Notes under the pieces: generated by a model
Database searches by the model: none
The model's input: only the letters and a program-made list of their open reading frames with translations
What the model was told of the DNA's origin: nothing
Assembly: GCA_964036045.1 (NCBI GenBank)
Contig: OZ038379.1
Location: forward strand, 22,692,001 to 22,756,000
Reading direction: 5' to 3'
Length of the DNA: 64,000 bases
DNA from: Eutreptiella sp. 'Long Island Sound 2002'
Lineage: Eukaryota; Protista; Euglenida
Part shown: positions 1 to 12,063 of the stretch, one piece after another
Position numbering within the stretch: position 1 is the stretch's first letter
Layout of the letters: every line of letters begins with the position of its first letter
Translations under genes and position numbers: made by a program

Positions 1-1
1 T

Positions 2-3000
2 GGCCAGCCCTCCGACCACCGCCGGCTGGGGAGCGCCGCCCATGGATCCCCGCTACCCGGGGGACGGCCGGGCGCCCCACTACGGGGCGGCCATGCCCCC
101 GCAGGGGATGAGCGTCCCACAGGCGCCGTATCAGCACCAGCCATACGGGCCGCCGGCCCCGACCGCGGACGCGACAGCGCCCCCCTCGGGGTACGCGGGG
201 CCCTGGTACGGGGAACCAGTCCCAGCTCCCGCTGCCACAGCCCCGCCCGGCCCGGTGAACCCGGTGGCGCCCCCCACGTGGGGACCCAGCCCGTAAGGGG
301 CGTTCCAGACGAACTTCCCCTCCCCGCGCCAGTCACTCTGGGGTGGGACGCCGGGGACGTGTTCTCTCCGGGGGCCGTGGCCCACGACCACCTCAAGCTT
401 CTGGCCCGGGACTCCGTGTGTCCGGGGCGCCCCTCTGCCCATGCCCAGTGGGGAATTGTATTCGGCATTTCTGGCGCCGTGTGCGGCGTGCGGGACGTGG
501 CCACGACGCTAGAGTGCTTACCGGGCCTCCACCCCGCGCTGGGGCACGTGTCCCTTTTTCAGGGAGACTGGCGCCTTCCCGCCATCCTTTAGCAGTGGGC
601 GGCCCACATGGCCGTGTACCAAGTCTCGGGCGGTCATTCGGTGCAGGTGTACAGCGGTGGGGGGGGCGTCACCCACCCGCCCGGGGCTGAGGGATCAGTG
701 ACGTGGGTACCCAGGTCAACGTACAGTCGCGGCCGGGTGGTGTTCAAAGCTGCGTCCAGCAGCTCCACCGCCTACGTTGCGGCCAACATCGACGCACGGG
801 CACTGGGGCGGTATTTGCGGCGCTCCACGGCGCTAGAGCTCCCCACCAAGGTCCGGCAAGCCGTCCTCCGCCGGTTGGAACACGCGGCGGGTCCCACTGG
901 CCGGGGGACGCTTGACACCCTCTCTGGGGGCACCGCCAGCGACCACCGCGGACTCGGGGACCTTCGGGCAGTCACCCTGAACCTCCGGAGAGGCCTAATG
1001 GGTAAGATGCCGGCCCTGGGGTCTTGTCTGCGCGGTTGGGGTTATCCGGACTTGGTGGGACTACAGGAAGTGGGCAAGCTGCCCGCCAACATGGTGGTCC
1101 ACGCCATGTACTGGGCCACATTCACCCCCGCGGCGCATCCGGCGGCCGGGCTGGGGTTGCTGGTGCGGTGGCATCCCACCTTTCGGGAGGTATGGCGGGA
1201 TATGCACTCCAGCGGGCGCGGCGTTGCCCTGGAATACCACTGTCGGGGGGGACACATCCTGGCGGTGGTGGTGTATTTCCCGGCCGACCAGGACTTGGAC
1301 GTGGTGCGTAGCATCCTGTCAAGGGTCCTGGGCGTCATGGCCCCCCGTCGTGGGGTGTATACCCTGATGATGGGGGATCTCAACGCCAACCCGGGATGGG
1401 CGACAAGCTTCCGGCAGGCCCCGGCTGCCCTCACCATCCTATGGGAGGAGTTTGTCCAGGACACTGGCCTGGTCCGTTGTCACTCCACCTCCGAGGCGCC
1501 CACGTGGACCGACGGGCGGGGGTGCGTGGGGGTGATTGACCACATGCTACAAGGCCCTGCCCCAAAGGAGGGACATCTGTGGGTGGACGAGGCCTCCCCC
1601 TTCCCCTCTGACCACCGCCCGGTGGTGTGGGACGCCCGGGATTTCCAGGACCCGGAGGACAGACCCCCGGTGCGGCTGCGTGCCAGGCATTTCCAGATTC
1701 GCGACCCGGGCATCACGGGCAGCTACCATGCGGCCTTGTCAGCGGCCCGCCGGGAGGAGGGTTTGCGACCCGCGAGTCTGACGGCTCTGTACGAGTATTT
1801 CCTGGCCTCCACCATACGAGTGGTGGAGAGGGCCCATGGCCCCCCTCGTGAATTCGGGGAGCTCCCGGGGCGTGTGGACCAGGTCCACCGTCAGCTCCAG
1901 GCACACGCTAAGCGGTGCCCACGGTGGTGGGAGTCACTGGACACGCTCAAAGAGCGTTTGGATCTCCGCCAGGACCTGGCGCAAGCCGGGGAGGTGGGGA
2001 ACCTGCAACGGTATCTCTTCCATCTCCCGGAGGTGGCCCCCTTCGCCAGACCATCCCGTGGGGCTTTCCGCCACCTGTACGGGCCCGCTCGCACGCCGCC
2101 GGTCCAGCCGCGGTTCTGCGCTCAAGTGGACGTGGCGCCGCGTGCCAGGGCCAAGGTGGCCCTGGACCAGGTGCGTCACCGACACCAGAAGACGCTGAGG
2201 GAGCTGACGCCGGGGGACGTCCGGGCCCTCACGGGTTGGGTCACGCCCACACGGCCGCTGGGGTTGCCCACGGCTACGGTCCCCCACCTCCGCCGCATAC
2301 TCCAGCGCACCGGCAACACGGCTCCGGCTCGCGACCAGTTGCAGTACTGGATGTTGCGGGAGATGGACGACGACGGTCTCGCCATGGTATGCGAGGTCGT
2401 CAACCGCTACATGCGGGGGGAACGCCTGGAGGCCCTCTCGCACGGGGACCTCCACCTCCTCCCTAAGAAACCTCCCCATGGCATTGGGGCCAATGACCGC
2501 CCACTCACCAACCTAGTCCTTATGCGCAAGGTGGTGGGTCTGGTGGTAAAGGAGAAGGAGCAGCCCTGGCTTCGGGAGCACGGGTTCCTCCCCCCCAGCC
2601 AATTCGCCCTCTGGCCGGGAACGTCCATATGGGACTTCCTCAGGGTACTGCACGATTATTTCTGGTACCGCTGGGGCTCTGGGGGCGAAGCCTGGCCCGT
2701 CCCCGACGACGTCCGTCACGCTTTCGGTTCCCCAGACCACGTGTCCCGGGACTCTGTACACCAGGTGGTGGGTTACGGCCCGGAGCTGTGCCACTTGCAC
2801 CGCTCCCTGGTGGAGGACATGCGCCTGGACATGGGCGGCACGGATGATGTCGACCATGCCGAGGGGTGGTTCGACGCAGGGTCCGGACAGGGCTGCCCTC
2901 TGTCCCCGCTGGATTACGCGCCTATGGGGGAGGTAAGGGCGAAGATGGTGTCCCGGAACTACCCCGGGGTGCTCACCCCAGCAGGCCTTTTGCACAGCCT

Positions 3001-5619
3001 GGCCTGGGCCGACGATACGGTCTGGCTCGGGGGCTCCCCGGAGGATGTGTCCGCCATCGCCAAAGCCCTCCCCGCCGAAGAAGACGCGGTGGCTCTGGGG
3101 TCCGACGTGTCGAAAATGCACGTCCTACGGACCTGGATGGACGGGCAGCGCGTACGGTACGGGGTTCCCTCGGTTCTGATGAACGGGGTTCGGCTGCCCG
3201 TGCCGACGGAGAAGGATTACATCCGCTCCCTGGGGCGCCACGCCCTCCCACATACGTATCACAAGGAAGATTTCCGGAAGTTCATGATGGCGGCGCGGCG
3301 TGCTTCCGCGGTTATCCCCATCAAGTCCTTGCGGGCGCAATACCCCCCGGCCATGTACAACCCGAAGGCGGGCGGCATGGCGCGTTTCCAGGCCGGGGTT
3401 CGGCCCCCCCCGGTCCGGGTATGGCACCTCGCGGACTACCCCGCCATCTCCGCCCTCCGGGCGATTGTGGGGGAAAACCTGCCAGCGCACCGCCTGCTCG
3501 GGCCTGTGCAGGCGGGGCTCTCCGGCATTCGCCCTCTAGGTCCGGACGTGTTGACCACGTTTGTGCTCAACTACGCCCGTCAGTTGAACCACCCCAATCC
3601 TCTGACCCGGGCTTCCGCCCGGTGGGGGCACATGTGCGCCCTCTGGCGGTTCCACCCGGACATGCCCTGCGTGCTCCGGGGCCTGGCGGACTGTGATTGC
3701 CACCCCACGGACCATGACCGGTTCCTGCGCTATACGTGGCTCATGGAAATCCGGGTCTGGCCCGCTCCGGGGAGCCACGCCGTGGAGGTGAGCAAACACC
3801 CACTGGGCGCGGCGACGACCATCGACGAGGCAAACGACGGCCACGCGGCTTTGGCGGCCGGTTATCGGGACTGGTCCAGCACCCGCAGAGCGGGGTGGCC
3901 GTCGCGGTTTCGTGGACCGGAGTCCCTCCCCCCGTGGCCCCGCTGCATGCGGTGGGCCCAGGAGGTCCACTCCGAGGGGGTCACCCTGCAGAGCGTGCCT
4001 GCAGAGGCGGTTTTCGTGCAGGACGCCTCCTGGTATCCCAACCACACGGCCGGGGGCGGGCTGGTGGTGGCGGACCCCACGACAGGATGGCACCGGATCT
4101 ACCGGATCCCCATCCCTGTCCACGTAGACGGGTCCTACCAGGCGGAACTCTACGTGGCCTGGGAGGTTTTGCGGGCACGTGGCGCCCACCGGGTGGTGTG
4201 GGGCACCCGAGGCCGGCAGTGGTCCTTCCACGACAGCAAGGGCTATATAGACGCCGTCCAGTCCCGCAACCCCGGGTCCTGTCGGACGACCTGCTGCGGG
4301 CGTGCCGGGGTTTGCTGTCCGAGGGGTTCAGTGCGCCTCAGCACCTGTACTCCCACAGAGTCGGCACCTTCCTGGACGCCCTGTTGGACATAGCCGACGG
4401 GGAAGCCAAGAAGCAGGCTTCCGGGGCCCGCCCCGAGGTGGGGTGGATCCGGGGGCTTCAAACACCCCAGGTCTGTTTCACCCACAACGACGTCCAGGTG
4501 CACAACCTGGACCGTCTGGTCGAGACGTCATCGCGCCGTCTGTGGGATCTTCATATGGAGGCCCCCGAGCACGGGGAGCGCCAATCCCTGGGGGTTTATT
4601 CCGCCGTTACCGAGCGGGGTTTAATCCGGTGGGGGGCGCACCTCCGCACGATGACGCGCCGGGACGGGCTGGGATTCGCCGGGGACGAGCGCCCCTGCCC
4701 CGCTTGTGGCTAGTCAGTGGGAGCGCGCCATTGGGTTTCCACCTGCCCGTGGCGCCACCTCTTTCGTTTGGCGGTCCACACGCAGCTGCACATACGCCTG
4801 GACACGCTGTGTGCGCGTTGGCAGCGCCGCGCGGTATCCCCATGGGGGATTGTGGTCCTGTACGGGCCCGATGCCTTCACCCTCAGCGTGGGCTCACCGG
4901 GGGACGACGACCCCCATCCTGGGGCGGGGGTGCGCACGCTGTATATCGATCCCTGCGGGGATTGGGAACCGGAGGACTTGCGGTACTTGTATGACAGGGG
5001 GTTAGTGGTGGGCGCCGCCCAGCGGGTGCTGGCCACGGTCGTCAACTTTCGGGATGCCCTGGACCGCAAGCGGGAGATGCCCATCGTCCCGGCGGCCAGG
5101 GAGGTCTATTACCGGGACGAGGACGGTCACACGTGGGACCTGGCGACCCGGGTACCAGCGCGCTTCGACCCGACCTCCCACGTGTGGGGGAGCCGGCCGG
5201 CGATGGCCGGGCTGTGGCCGGGGGCGAGTCTGCTGTGGCCCGTGTGCGAGCGCGGACGGCTGTCTACCGTTTTGCCCCCCGGGCAGTACAGGCCCCCATG
5301 CTGGGGCGGGACCCAGAGGGTCCTCTGGTATTCGGACCGGCCTCTGCCCAAAAGCTTGGGGCGTTGGCCCCGGGAGGTCCGCGAGGCGGATTTGGTCATC
5401 ATTGATGGGCCGGGCAGCCTGCCGCCGCGGCGGTTGGCCTGGCTCCTTTCGTACGGACCACCCTCCCGTTATATGGGGTTGTACGAGGCGCGGGGGGCGC
5501 AAGACCGTCGCCAAGTGCGCCGGTTGCGCGATATGCTGATGGCCACCTTGCGCATGGACGGTTATCAGCCCAGGGTCTCTTACCAGTTGCTGGGGTTGGC
5601 TTTGCGGCAACCCCGGTGA
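2..5619 (+). pseudogene. LINE family A ORF2 polyprotein (pre-APE domain, APE endonuclease, reverse transcriptase, RNase H, CCHC knuckle, ~290-aa C-terminal extension)
   Basis: APE motifs LRAVTLNLRRG, LQEVG, VVYFP, GDLN, IDH, SDH (about 962-1630). RT motifs LLPK, RPLT, GQGCPLSP, WADD (3005-3016). RNase H motifs VFVQDAS, YQAELY, FHDSKG. Knuckle CPACG*SVGARHWVSTC. Lesions: TAG 590-592, 1-nt deletion near 4277-4280 (NPGS|LSDDLLRAC), TAG 4711-4713. Confidence 0.9.
3..296 (+). pseudogene. Probable C-terminal end of a Pro/Tyr-rich ORF1 of LINE family A
   Basis: Frame is open from the window edge to TAA 294-296 (MDPRYPGDGRAPHYGAAMPP...). Composition resembles the N-terminus of family B ORF1. It overlaps the start of the ORF2 frame, which is also open from position 2. 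Confidence 0.45.
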
Positions 5620-6156
5620 TCCCCACGCTACGCCTGGACCCAGGTGTGTTCCAGGGGTGCGAACCGGGGGGACAGGGTTGCAGCAGTCGGCAGTTGGGTG
5701 GAGGGCCCCGCGCACGGGCGCCTTCGTCAGAAGTGCCGTGCGCGGGGGAGGGAGGGGGGATCGGGCCACGGACCAAGCCCCCGTGATCCGCCGGCCAAAC
5801 GCCGCCCAGTCGGTAGTACCTGGCGGCTAAGGGCCCACACCCGTGAGACTGCGTCCCCCTTCCCTTGGGGGGGTGGTGGACCGTGCCGGAAGTGGAGCCG
5901 GCGCTCCGCCTCGCCCCCCATTCCGTGCCCCTGGGGGGTGATCCGGCTACGTGTAGGGCGGGGGTGCATGCACGTGGTGCGGACCAGGGGACAAGAGGAG
6001 GAGACGAAGAGGAGAGCCGCCGCCATGATGCTTAGCCGGACGGGTTGGGATGTAACCCCCCTCCCGGTCGCGCGCCAGACCGTGGAGGGCCGGCGGGCAC
6101 CATGGGGATGTGCCGCGGGGGCGCCCTACCGGGGGACCGCATCTCCTCCTCCTCCT

Positions 6157-6240
6157 GTGTTGTGTTGTGTTGTGTTGTGTTGTGTTGTGTTGTGTTTCGT
6201 TGTGTTTCGTTGTGTTGTGTTGTGTTGTGGTGTGGTGTGG
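6157..6240. repeat. Pentanucleotide microsatellite (GTGTT)n grading into (GTGTG-G)n at the 3' end of LINE A
   Basis: Read directly; produces the VLCCVV / TTQHN ORF artefacts. Confidence 0.95.
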
Positions 6241-7559
6241 CGCTTGGCCCAAGGGCTCATCTGTTGCGAGCTGATGCCCAATGCAACGGAAGCCTGTTTT
6301 TTTTGTCTCTCTCTGACCCCCTTTTCCACCAGCATCTTCCCACTGCTGTGCCGTTCTTTGGCAGCGAAGAATGGGCCCTCAGGGGCATTCCGGCCGTGTA
6401 CGAAACGAGGGGGCGATGGCTTGACAAGCGACACCAAGAGTTACTGATGGGAGGGACCGGCCAAAAGTCTGGAACACCCCCGGGGGAGGGGGGGGGGGGC
6501 CATTTCCAGTAATGTGCACGCCTAGAGTACCAGCCCGCATGCATGAGCCCCAGCCACACAGTCCCCCAGGCACCTCCTACCTAATCCCCCTCCCCCCACC
6601 ACCGCCACCGCCACACACACACACACACCAACACGCACCAAAACATTTCGTGACCCCAACCCCTTCACCTCAAAGAAAAAAGACTGTGGCTGCAGTGACC
6701 CGCCTGTCCGTGGCCATATTCAATTGCCCCCCCCCCCCCCCCCCAAGACGCTGTGTTCTGGGTGTGGGGAATGCACGCAGAATCCCCCCACAAATTGCCA
6801 GTGTATCCTGACCCCTGGGCACATGCCCCGTTTTGTTGCAGCTGACCCGGATTGACTTCATGCCGGTCATTGGAATACTTGCTTTGCTGTTGCCCTGTGT
6901 TCATTGGGTCCCGAGGCCCGATTTACCTTGTCCAATAACACTGGGGAGCTGGCGGCAGCAGGGGGGAAGGTGGCAGATTTTTGCCTTCTTCCTCAGGCCC
7001 GCCCTGCACCATCACTCGCGGGTGGCAGTGGGCGGGTAGCGGTTGACGGTCAAGCAATGGGTTTATGACGAACCGTGCCAATGATTAGTGGACGAGGATG
7101 TGGAGACCAGACGACGGCCTTTTATGGGAGATTTGTTGGCGCCATGTAAGGCGCCCCAACCACCAAACCTCACCCAAATCCACTCCAAATGTGTTCGTGG
7201 TGTGTGCGAGTACTTCGGGTGGAATCTTGGCCGCGCAAGAAACAGGGAGATCCTTGCGATTCATGGCGCAGCCAGCGGCCGGTGGTATGGGCCGCAATGC
7301 TCCATCAGAAGTTGTGTTGCATCTTTTCGAGCAGCCTTCCAGTCCGTGGGTGGGTGGGTGGGCGAGTGGGCGGGTCAGTGGCTGACTGACAGAGTCAGTC
7401 ACTGAGGTTGTGAGTGAATGGGTCATTGAGTGTGTGTATGTGTGTGCGCGCATGTGTTTCAGGGCGCGCTTGTGTGGAATTTTCGAAAATTCATGTGAAT
7501 GGTGCGTGTGTTTGTATGTGTTCGGGTGTGTGCCTGTGTGTGTCCATGTGTAAATTGTG

Positions 7560-8250
7560 AGGGCTGCTGCTTAGTGGTGGTTCTCTTCGATGGTACTGCT
7601 GCTGTGGGAGAGGGCATTTGTCACCGGTCGGTGGGAGGGGAAGGAATGTCGCAGGACAAAGTGCTGGGCTTGCTCAGAGAGGCAACACGCTCCTGAAAAT
7701 GATACTCTTCTGCCACCAGATTGAATCCAGTCCGTGGGTGTGCCTGGTTGGGTCGAGCTTCAACAGCAGCGGTCTGATGGTAAGCACATCCATGTGCTGC
7801 GTGTGTGCACACTGCACACGCTTTCCAGCATTTTGTACGGGTGAACATTGCGTGAGTACCAAATGCATCCTTCATAATACATACAATAAGCAGGCAAACA
7901 GACACGCAGGTGCAGTGCGAAAAATTAGCGCAGTTGTCTGTTGCATTGAGTGAGTGCAAAGCAATGAGGGGTTGGGTTTTTTTTTGGATACGTGCAACGC
8001 GGGTGGCTTTTCCTGCGGGGAGTTGCCCCATCAATGTCGTCTAGGCTGGAAAAACGGTGGTGTTTTCTTTGGTCCCAACGCTGTAGGTCCTGTCAAGCAA
8101 CCCGCACACTGGATGGTTTCAGTGCTTCTCTGCTGTTGATGACCGCAAAACTTTCATATGTGGATTCAGTTTACTTTTCTTTTGACACCTGTGCACTGTG
8201 GTTCATTGGGTTCACCAAGGAGGCATGGGTGACCAGGTGACCACTTGGGC
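7560..8250 (-). pseudogene. Heavily decayed hAT-like transposase C-terminal remnant
   Basis: Across stops and frameshifts: HASLVNP (resembles AxLLDPR), LDSIWWQKSIIF..VLP.A..ALC and MPSPTAAVPSKR (resemble the WW...L..LA..L..P.SSA..ER dimerization motif). Confidence 0.3.
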
Positions 8251-8699
8251 ATTCCAGGCCCTGCGAGGGGAGGGGAATTGAGTGTCATGCACTTCAGCCT
8301 CAGGATTCATGAGAGATCGACTCCTGAGTCCTCAAAGTGGTTACAGGTGTGATTTTGGACCATTCAATACCGGGGATGATGTCATACCAAAGAGGGGAAA
8401 CTTTGGATGGGGCGAAATTTGGCATGGCAAAATTTGGCACAACAAAACTATGCCATGGTGTTTTCAAGAACAGTGGCCATTTTTCTAGGTGTCATTTTGA
8501 GCGCTCCTGGGAGACACACTTCCGTTTCACAGTTTGCTGTGCAGGTGTCCAACAAAGGAAGGGTACAAGGCGAACAACTAGCCTGCCAAAGGCTGTTGAA
8601 GTTGCTTCATTCTGTCTCTGGGAGCCTTTGGTCCCTCACATTTTGCTTAAAGGAGTTGCAGGGAAGTACCAGCTTATGCAGTCCAGGACACTGTTCCGC

Positions 8700-9400
8700 A
8701 GTGCTGGTGCTTGTGGTGTGTCTGGTGGGCGTGGGCGGTGTGGAGGTTGTGGCGGTGGACGTACATGGTGATGAGGGCTGGGTGGGTCGCTACGTTGAAG
8801 GACCCACCGCCATGCTGAAGGGGTGGGCTGTGGGAGGGTAGGGGTGTGTCGCCGGTGGCTACGGCAGCCGCCCATTCATGGTCCTCGTGATGGGCCACGT
8901 AGTAAGCCCCCATGCATGCCCGGAGGGTGTCGGCGATGGGCCTGAGGAGGCTTGGGTGGCGAGTGGGGTAGGGTGCCGAGGGGGCCTGGGGCTGAGCGTG
9001 GTATCTTGTGTTTGGTGTTCCGCAGTGGGGGCAGCAAGCGAGCCAGTGGAGGGCTCCCTGGTAGACCAAGTGGTTGCGGTTGCATGGTGGTTTGCGGCAT
9101 TCGCTGGTCCATGCAGATGGGGCACGCGGTAGCTGGTGTCTGGCGCGACCTGTGGATCGACGGTGATTGCAAGGCACGAGCTCGTAGTGCCTGCATGCTT
9201 GTGGTGAGTGTGTGCTTTGTGCTGTTGGTGCCCCCCCCCCCCCCTGTCGTGCCTGCAGTCTGCCCATGGATTGGCCGCATGGTTTTTGGTGCCCCGGGAC
9301 CAGGGGTGTGGAGCTGGGGGGGCGGTGGTCCATGTATGTGGCGCAGGTTCGGGGTTTGGGGGCCATGATTCGGCGGTTGGGGTATTGTGGTGGTAGTTTG
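8700..9400 (-). pseudogene. Decayed retroelement C-terminal fragment with Cys/His knuckle-like motifs
   Basis: CPICMDQ and CPHCGTPNTRYH followed by LLRPIADTLRACMG in different frames; GC-rich coding-like texture. Confidence 0.3.
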
Positions 9401-10411
9401 GTGTCCGGTCAGTTGTGGGGTTTTGCCATTGGTGCTGTTGGCTTCGCCCCCCCCCCCCCCCCCGGCTATTGCGGTTGATGCGGTGCCCGCTTTTTTCGCG
9501 CGCACCGTTTGCACCTTGTTTGGGGCCATTACCTAGTTTTCACCCACCAGTCGGACGCTCACTGAATGGTAGTGCATAGTAAAATTGGCACCCAACAACA
9601 GCCAATCACACCACTTTTTTGCAGTCCAAAGTGCATCTAGATTATACGGAGCAAAAATGATTGATGTAGAACATGTAGATGTCCAAATGCATATGTTTCA
9701 CAAGCCGGGTAACCGTATATAAGTGCCAAATCGACAGTCATTTTAACGTTGTAAAGGGGCCCAAAATAACGTGGACTCCTATTCATTTCACATTGTGTGC
9801 GTACATAATCACCCGAGCGTTGTGACAGGCCTAAAATAGTAGCAAGAACCCACTGATTTGCACTGTTGCCATTGTAGAAAACAGGCGTACCGGAGCGATT
9901 CCAACACAATGACATTGTGTTGCTGAGCTATAGACCAAAGAATAGCATGTACAATGCAGTCTTAAGGGCATGTAGGGTGAAATGGGGCAACAGCTTAGCA
10001 TAAGCAGCAAATCACCGGGCAACAACAACGTAGGACGGTGGTGTTTGGTAGATTATGTATATAAAAGAGATGCACGGTGCGCGCACGCTACGCCCCGCCT
10101 TTCCTGTAGCACCGTAGTGCTGCAATACAACAAAAAGTGTTATACATGACTTGTTGATGCTTAAACTTCACAAACACTATATTCACATTACTCGCACTCC
10201 ATACTATGCACCACAAACCACTGCAACACATTCCGCAAAAGCTCTTTTCTGCACACAGTGACAAGAGATTGTGTTGCGCCGCGTCAACCTTTTGGCGGCG
10301 AATTTCTTTTTGGACTCCTATCTTCTCGACTGCATAAAACTACGGTTTTCCAACTCTTTGCTCACTGCATACCGAACGCGGACCGGTTGGTTTCATGAAA
10401 CATCATAGATG

Positions 10412-10783
10412 TCATTTTGTAGAATGTTGTAGGAGCGTTAGGTTGAGTGCTCGACTCACATTTACACCCCGCATCACCCGGTCTGCTGTGTGGCCAAAGA
10501 AAAATATACAAAACTTGGCACACAAATCTTTGCAAACCACCCTTTCATGGTTCACCAAGAAGGTTCTCTGTTTTTCTTTCAGATGCGGATTTTTAAGGTG
10601 CCTGTCATTCTCCTTCGGCACAAAGTTGTACAGGTTCGTAATCAGTGTGTCTGTGTGTGCCATCTCGTCAGACAACCACAGGGGACACATCTTCCTTGAG
10701 GGAAGGTGGTCAAACAGATCACCATTGATAATCATCATTGTCTTGTTGATTTCTTGAAATCGCTTAAGTGGGGACACAGGCAA
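10412..10783 (-). pseudogene. Decayed ORF of unknown function, divergent from the 11050-12063 ORF, inside an AT-rich island
   Basis: 123-aa open stretch with globular-looking composition (LITNLYNFVPKENDRHLKNPHLKEKQRTFLVNHERVVC); coding-like texture continues past stops toward about 9600. Confidence 0.3.
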
Positions 10784-11049
10784 GCGAGCAGCGTGCCCTG
10801 TGTCCGAGGTGAAAATCCGAGCCTCGGGGGAGCGGGGGTGAAAATCAAACTTGCTACATCACCCGTGCCGTCAAGGGCCCTGCATACACCACGTTTCTCC
10901 ACAGATGCTAAGAAAATAGCCCATGACAGTTTTTTGACTACTTTTAAAATTTGCGGTATTTACGTCAACAAAAATACTCCGCAAAGCAAAAAAATGTCTT
11001 CTTTTGTTTGGCGTGAACATATTTTTAGCACGGAATATTCGTTTAGTGC

Positions 11050-12063
11050 AGATTATTTGTTCGCTTGAAGGAAAATCCCGATGCACCGCGCGTACTCGAC
11101 TTGTTGCGTGTACCAATGTTTAACTGGCCTACGAAACCGAAGCCAGCAGGGGACCGACGTTGTTTGACGTTTCGCTGGTTGTTAATTCCGGCGTCGGACG
11201 ACTGGGATAACAAGGTATTGTTTCCTCACCCCACCTTCTCCATGCGGGAGGCCTCGCGCATCGATCACTTGCCCCGGCTGTACAGATCCCGAATGATCTC
11301 ACGGTTGGTCCAACCCAAATGAAAGAGATCGAGGAATCAGAGTTCTGGGGTCCCCTTGCGATTACTCATGCCATGTGGTATTATGATCCTCATTTGCACC
11401 ATCGCAAATTGCAGGATTTCAGGCTTGTGTTTGGCTTCGTTGATCATGTCTCGGATATGGCTTGTAAGATTGCGGCCATCCAGCTTGATACCCGCATGTA
11501 CCTTCTTGGTGTGTCTACAAAAAGAGCCGCTGATTGAGACAACCAAGTGCAGAAGAAGTTGAAACACATCGTGACGCATGGCGGACGCTTGGATCAGTGT
11601 GGTGATTGGGATCAGCAAGCCAACTGGAGCAACTGTGTGATTCCACTTTGGGTCATGGATGACAAGTATGATCAAGCTGCTTGCGGTGTGAAGGAGGAAC
11701 TGCCCCTGCCAGTGGAAAAACGGCAGGCAGAACCGGCGCAAGCTGCTGGTGCAAAGCGGAAGTTGACTAGTCAGTAACCTACCCTGAAGAAAAAGAAGAC
11801 TGCTGCTCAGCCCCCAGTTGCGAAAACTACCACGGGTAGAGATAGTGACGGAAGCGATGAAGAAGAGGAGGATGAAGAGGAAGAGAAGGGGGAAGAGATA
11901 TCTCCGGCGAAGAGGCCAAAGAAGGCATCTGAGAGATTAGAGACCGAGGAAGCAACTGGTCGGGACCGGGGCACCATCATAGCTCCATTGAAGCAGCTAG
12001 CCCGTGAGTCTATACCAAGAGAGCACTGTGCCAAGCCGGCTGCGAGGGTAAAACAACAATAGC
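11050..12063 (+). pseudogene. Decayed ~330-aa ORF with globular N-part and acidic/Lys-rich tail (possible DNA-transposon accessory gene)
   Basis: ORFs 11065-11322, 11319-11537 and 11547-11777 join with one frameshift and in-frame stops, then continue as DSDGSDEEEEDEEEEKGEDISPAKRPKK. An AG acceptor-like site (tttagtgcag) lies at about 11050. Confidence 0.5.

Larger units (their letters stand above)
1..6240 (+). mobile_element. Non-LTR retrotransposon family A (APE-RT-RNase H-Zn knuckle-long C-terminal domain); 5' part lies outside the window; disabled copy
   Basis: Continuous GC-rich coding region 2-5619 with LINE domains in canonical order, an approximately 535-bp 3' region, then a (GTGTT)n/(GTGTG-G)n pentamer array at about 6157-6240. 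Confidence 0.92.

Noticed and set aside
608-4393. Bacterial group II intron, retron or DGR reverse transcriptase system
   Set aside because: APE endonuclease, RNase H, CCHC knuckle and microsatellite tail define a eukaryotic non-LTR element.
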